This document shows, one piece after another, positions 61,192 to 64,000 of a stretch of DNA of 64,000 nt (its first letter is position 1; the number at the start of each line of letters is the position of its first letter). The DNA comes from Scenedesmus sp. PABB004 (taxonomy: Eukaryota). Below the pieces are notes generated by a model that had not been told where the DNA came from, did no database searches, and worked only from the letters and a program-made list of their open reading frames with translations. Both the position numbers and the translations under genes were made by a program. The DNA lies in assembly GCA_014905635.1 (NCBI GenBank), contig JABVCE010000010.1, forward strand, positions 930,001 through 994,000, written 5' to 3'.

Positions 61192-63755
61192 TTACTGCTG
61201 CCGCCTCGCCGCCGCCCCGGCCGCGACGTCGCACTTGCAGCTGTGGACGTGTGCGTACGCGACGCGCAGCAGCGGCGCGACCGCCGACTCGAGTAGCGCC
61301 CACAGCGCCGCGGCCTCGTCCGGCGACGACCCGGCGGCCAGGCAGAGCTGCACGCGCTCCGCGCCCTGGTAGGACGCCTGCCGCCCGCAGGCCGCCAGCG
61401 CGGGCGGGCTCCTCACGTGGCACAGAAACACGCCCGGCGTCGCGTTCCAGCGGCGCAGCAGGCCCCCGTTGACCTGCGCCGCCGCCGGCGTGCGCCGGCA
61501 CTGAGCGCGACGACCGCGCGCAGCAGGCCCCGCGCGCAGCAGGCCCCGCGCGCAAGCGGCCCCGTGCGCTCACCTCCGCGGCCACCACGCCGTGCAGGGG
61601 CGAGCCGATTGCCGAGAACTCAACCAAGCCAGGCGCCTCTCCTGGCTCTGGCTGCTGCTGCGTCGCCGCCGCTGCCGCCGCCGCCGCCGCCTGTGCCGTG
61701 GCTGCCAGCTCCAGCCTGTGGTGCTGCCGCACAAAGTCAGCAAGCCGCTCTGCTGCGGGCGCCGACGCGTGCCGTGCCGTGCCGCAGCTGCAGCCGCCCG
61801 CCACGCAGCCGCCCAGGCCCCGCTGCAGCGCCTGCAGCTGCTCAGGCTGCTGCCCAATGAGCACCAGCTGCGTGCCCGGCGGCCCCTGCCACGTGCCCTC
61901 CGCGCCGCACTCGGCGCGCTGCTTGCCGCTGCGCGTCAGCGGCGGCGGCGGCGGCGGCGGCAGCTGGCGGCGATTGGCGGCGCAGACGCCGAGCCCGCGC
62001 CTCGAGGCGGCGGCGTGGCGCTGAGCGGGCGCCGCGCGCACCTGAAGTGAAACACGTATCGCAGCGACCGCTGCGCGGCAAACCACACCAGCCCCTTGGC
62101 GCGAAAGAGCCCCGGCGCCGTCAGCACCTGCTGCGCGACGAGGGTCTGGAAGCAGGCCATGCACAGCGGCGCGTCGCTGACAAAGCTCACAGAGCTTATG
62201 TGCGCGTGCCCGGCATGGCTGCCGCCGCCGCCGCCGCTGCCGCCGCCACGCTGCGCCTCGTCGCCACCCGCTGCCACCCGGGCGGCGCGCCGGGCGGAGC
62301 CGGCGCCTGCGGACGGGCAGCGCGCGCGGCAGGCGCGTGGGGCGACCGGCGGCGCGCCCCCGACGCCCGGCGCCGCCGCGGCGCCCGCCGCGCACCTGGC
62401 GCGCGGGGCCTGTGCACGCCGCCCTGGATGATGGGCTCGTGAGACAAGAAGCCCAGGGCGCCGTGCACGCTGCCCGGCGGCGGCGACGCCGCGCCGCCCC
62501 GCGCCGGCGGGGGCGCCTCCTCCTCCTGCTCCACCTCCAGCTCCAGCAGGAACTCAGGCGGCACCTGCGCGGCACGGCGCCGCCCCGCGGCGCCCAGGCG
62601 CTGGGCCGAGTGCGCGGCACGTAGCGGCGCCGGCCCGAGCCGCCCCGCTGCGTCGGCGCCCGCGCCGCGCGGCGCGCGGCGCGCCGCACCTGGCCGAACC
62701 GCGCGCGCAGCATGCGCACGCCCGGCGCGAGCCGCTGCACCGCATCCTCCACCGCCGCGACGTCGCCCAGGCTGGCGAGGTCACACTTGTTCAGCACCGC
62801 CACGTCAGCAGCGCGCAGCTGGCGGGCGCGGCGCACGCGGCGGTCAGCGGCGGGGCGGCGCAGCGCGCGAGGCGCGCGGTGGGCGCGCTTGCCGCGCCGC
62901 ACCTGCGCGACCGCGACGTCCTGGCACAGCGCCGCCTGCCCCGCCTCGGCGTCAACGACCGCCACCACCGCAGCGAGCCGGAAGCCCGCCCCCGCCAGCG
63001 CGGCAGCCAGCGGCTCCGCGTCGGCCACGCCCGACGTCTCCAGCAGCTGCGCGGCGTCGGCGGCGCGGCACACCGCACGCGCGTGCCGCTCAGCCGCGAC
63101 CGCCGCGCAGGGCGGGCGGCAGGCCGGCGGCGCGGCGCGGCGCCGCCGCGCGCACCAGGCAGTCAAGACCCTGGTACGCGGGGCTGCCGGCCAGCTGCGC
63201 CAGCGCGGCCGCGAGCTCGCCGCTCGTGTCGCAGCACACGCAGCCGCCGGCGAGCGGCGCGGGCTTGACGCCCGCGGCGGCGTTGGCGGCGCGCGCGCCC
63301 AGCAGCTGGCTGTCCACGTCGAGCGCCGCGACCTCGTTGACCAGCACGCCGAGCCGGAGGTGCGGGGCGCTGCGGGCACACGCAGCGCGCCGCGCGGCGG
63401 CGGCGCCGGCCAAGTTGTGCGCGGGGCGGCGCACCGGCGGCGGCGGCGGCGGCGGCGCAGCCGCGGCGGCGCTCACCCGGCGGTGAGCAGGTGCTGCACC
63501 AGCGTCGTCTTGCCCGCGCCCAGGAAGCCTGTGACGCGCGCCCGCGTGAGCGAGCAGGCACGGGCGCCAAGCTGCGCGGCGCAGAGTGCCACGGCAGGGG
63601 CCACCCAGCGTGAGCGCAGCGCGCTCACCTGTGACCAGCAACACCGGCACCGGGCCGCGCCGCCCGGCGCCCCCCGCGAGCAGCTGCTGCTCCCAGCGCG
63701 CCGAGAGCGCCACGCCGGTCACGGCACGATCGGGCTCAGCCTCGCCAGCCGCCAT
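61192..63755 (-). CDS. COG0523/CobW-family metallochaperone GTPase, multi-exon
   Basis: VPVLLVT/GFLGAGKTTL, VLVNE, GGCVCC, ETSGVAD, ADVAVLNKCDL, CobW_C motifs LFRAKGLVW and QLVLIG. Confidence 0.9.
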
Positions 63756-64000
63756 CGCGGCGGGGTCGGCCACGCGCCGCTGCTGTCGCCGCTGCTGCTG
63801 CTGCTGCTGCTGGGCGCCCGGCGTCCGTGTGTTGCGCGTGTGTGCGTCCGACGTCAACTGACGCTGGAGATGGACCCATGGCCCGCCTGCACGGGCTCTT
63901 GATCGGCCGCCGCCCGCCACGCTTTTGACGCCGTCGTTGCGGCGTGCCTGCGCGGCCGAGCAGCGCGCCGTCGCGTCCAGTTCCGCGCAGCCCTGGCCCC

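Overview
Very GC-rich, intron-containing eukaryotic DNA, most consistent with a chlorophyte green alga (UGUAA poly(A) signals, GTGCGC/GTGAG donors, plastid transit peptides; Sphaeropleales-like is a guess). The window has two parts. (1) 1-22173 is gene-free. A ~90% GC, 171-172-bp tandem satellite is invaded by at least 12 near-identical copies of one L1-clade LINE that nest inside each other (up to four levels, with readable TSDs). One intact Ty1/Copia element sits inside a LINE; it has TG...GA LTRs and a half-tRNAiMet primer site. This architecture resembles Zepp/ZeppL clusters and may be the edge of a centromere. (2) 22308-63755 is gene-dense: SRRP1-like S1 protein, WBP2/GRAM-like protein, GPR1/FUN34/YaaH transporter, AsnRS, SMARCAL1-like helicase, a plastid membrane protein, ITPK-like kinase, a small basic protein and a COG0523/CobW GTPase. 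It also holds a ~16.5-kb gene for a ~4000-aa secreted protein. That protein joins eukaryotic Cys-rich/PAN/TSP1 modules to ~25 bacterial-adhesin-like cadherin/Ig repeats encoded on phase-1 exons, which recently expanded as 2004-bp tandem units. GC-AG introns appear unusually frequent. All gene models were spliced by eye and no database searches were run.
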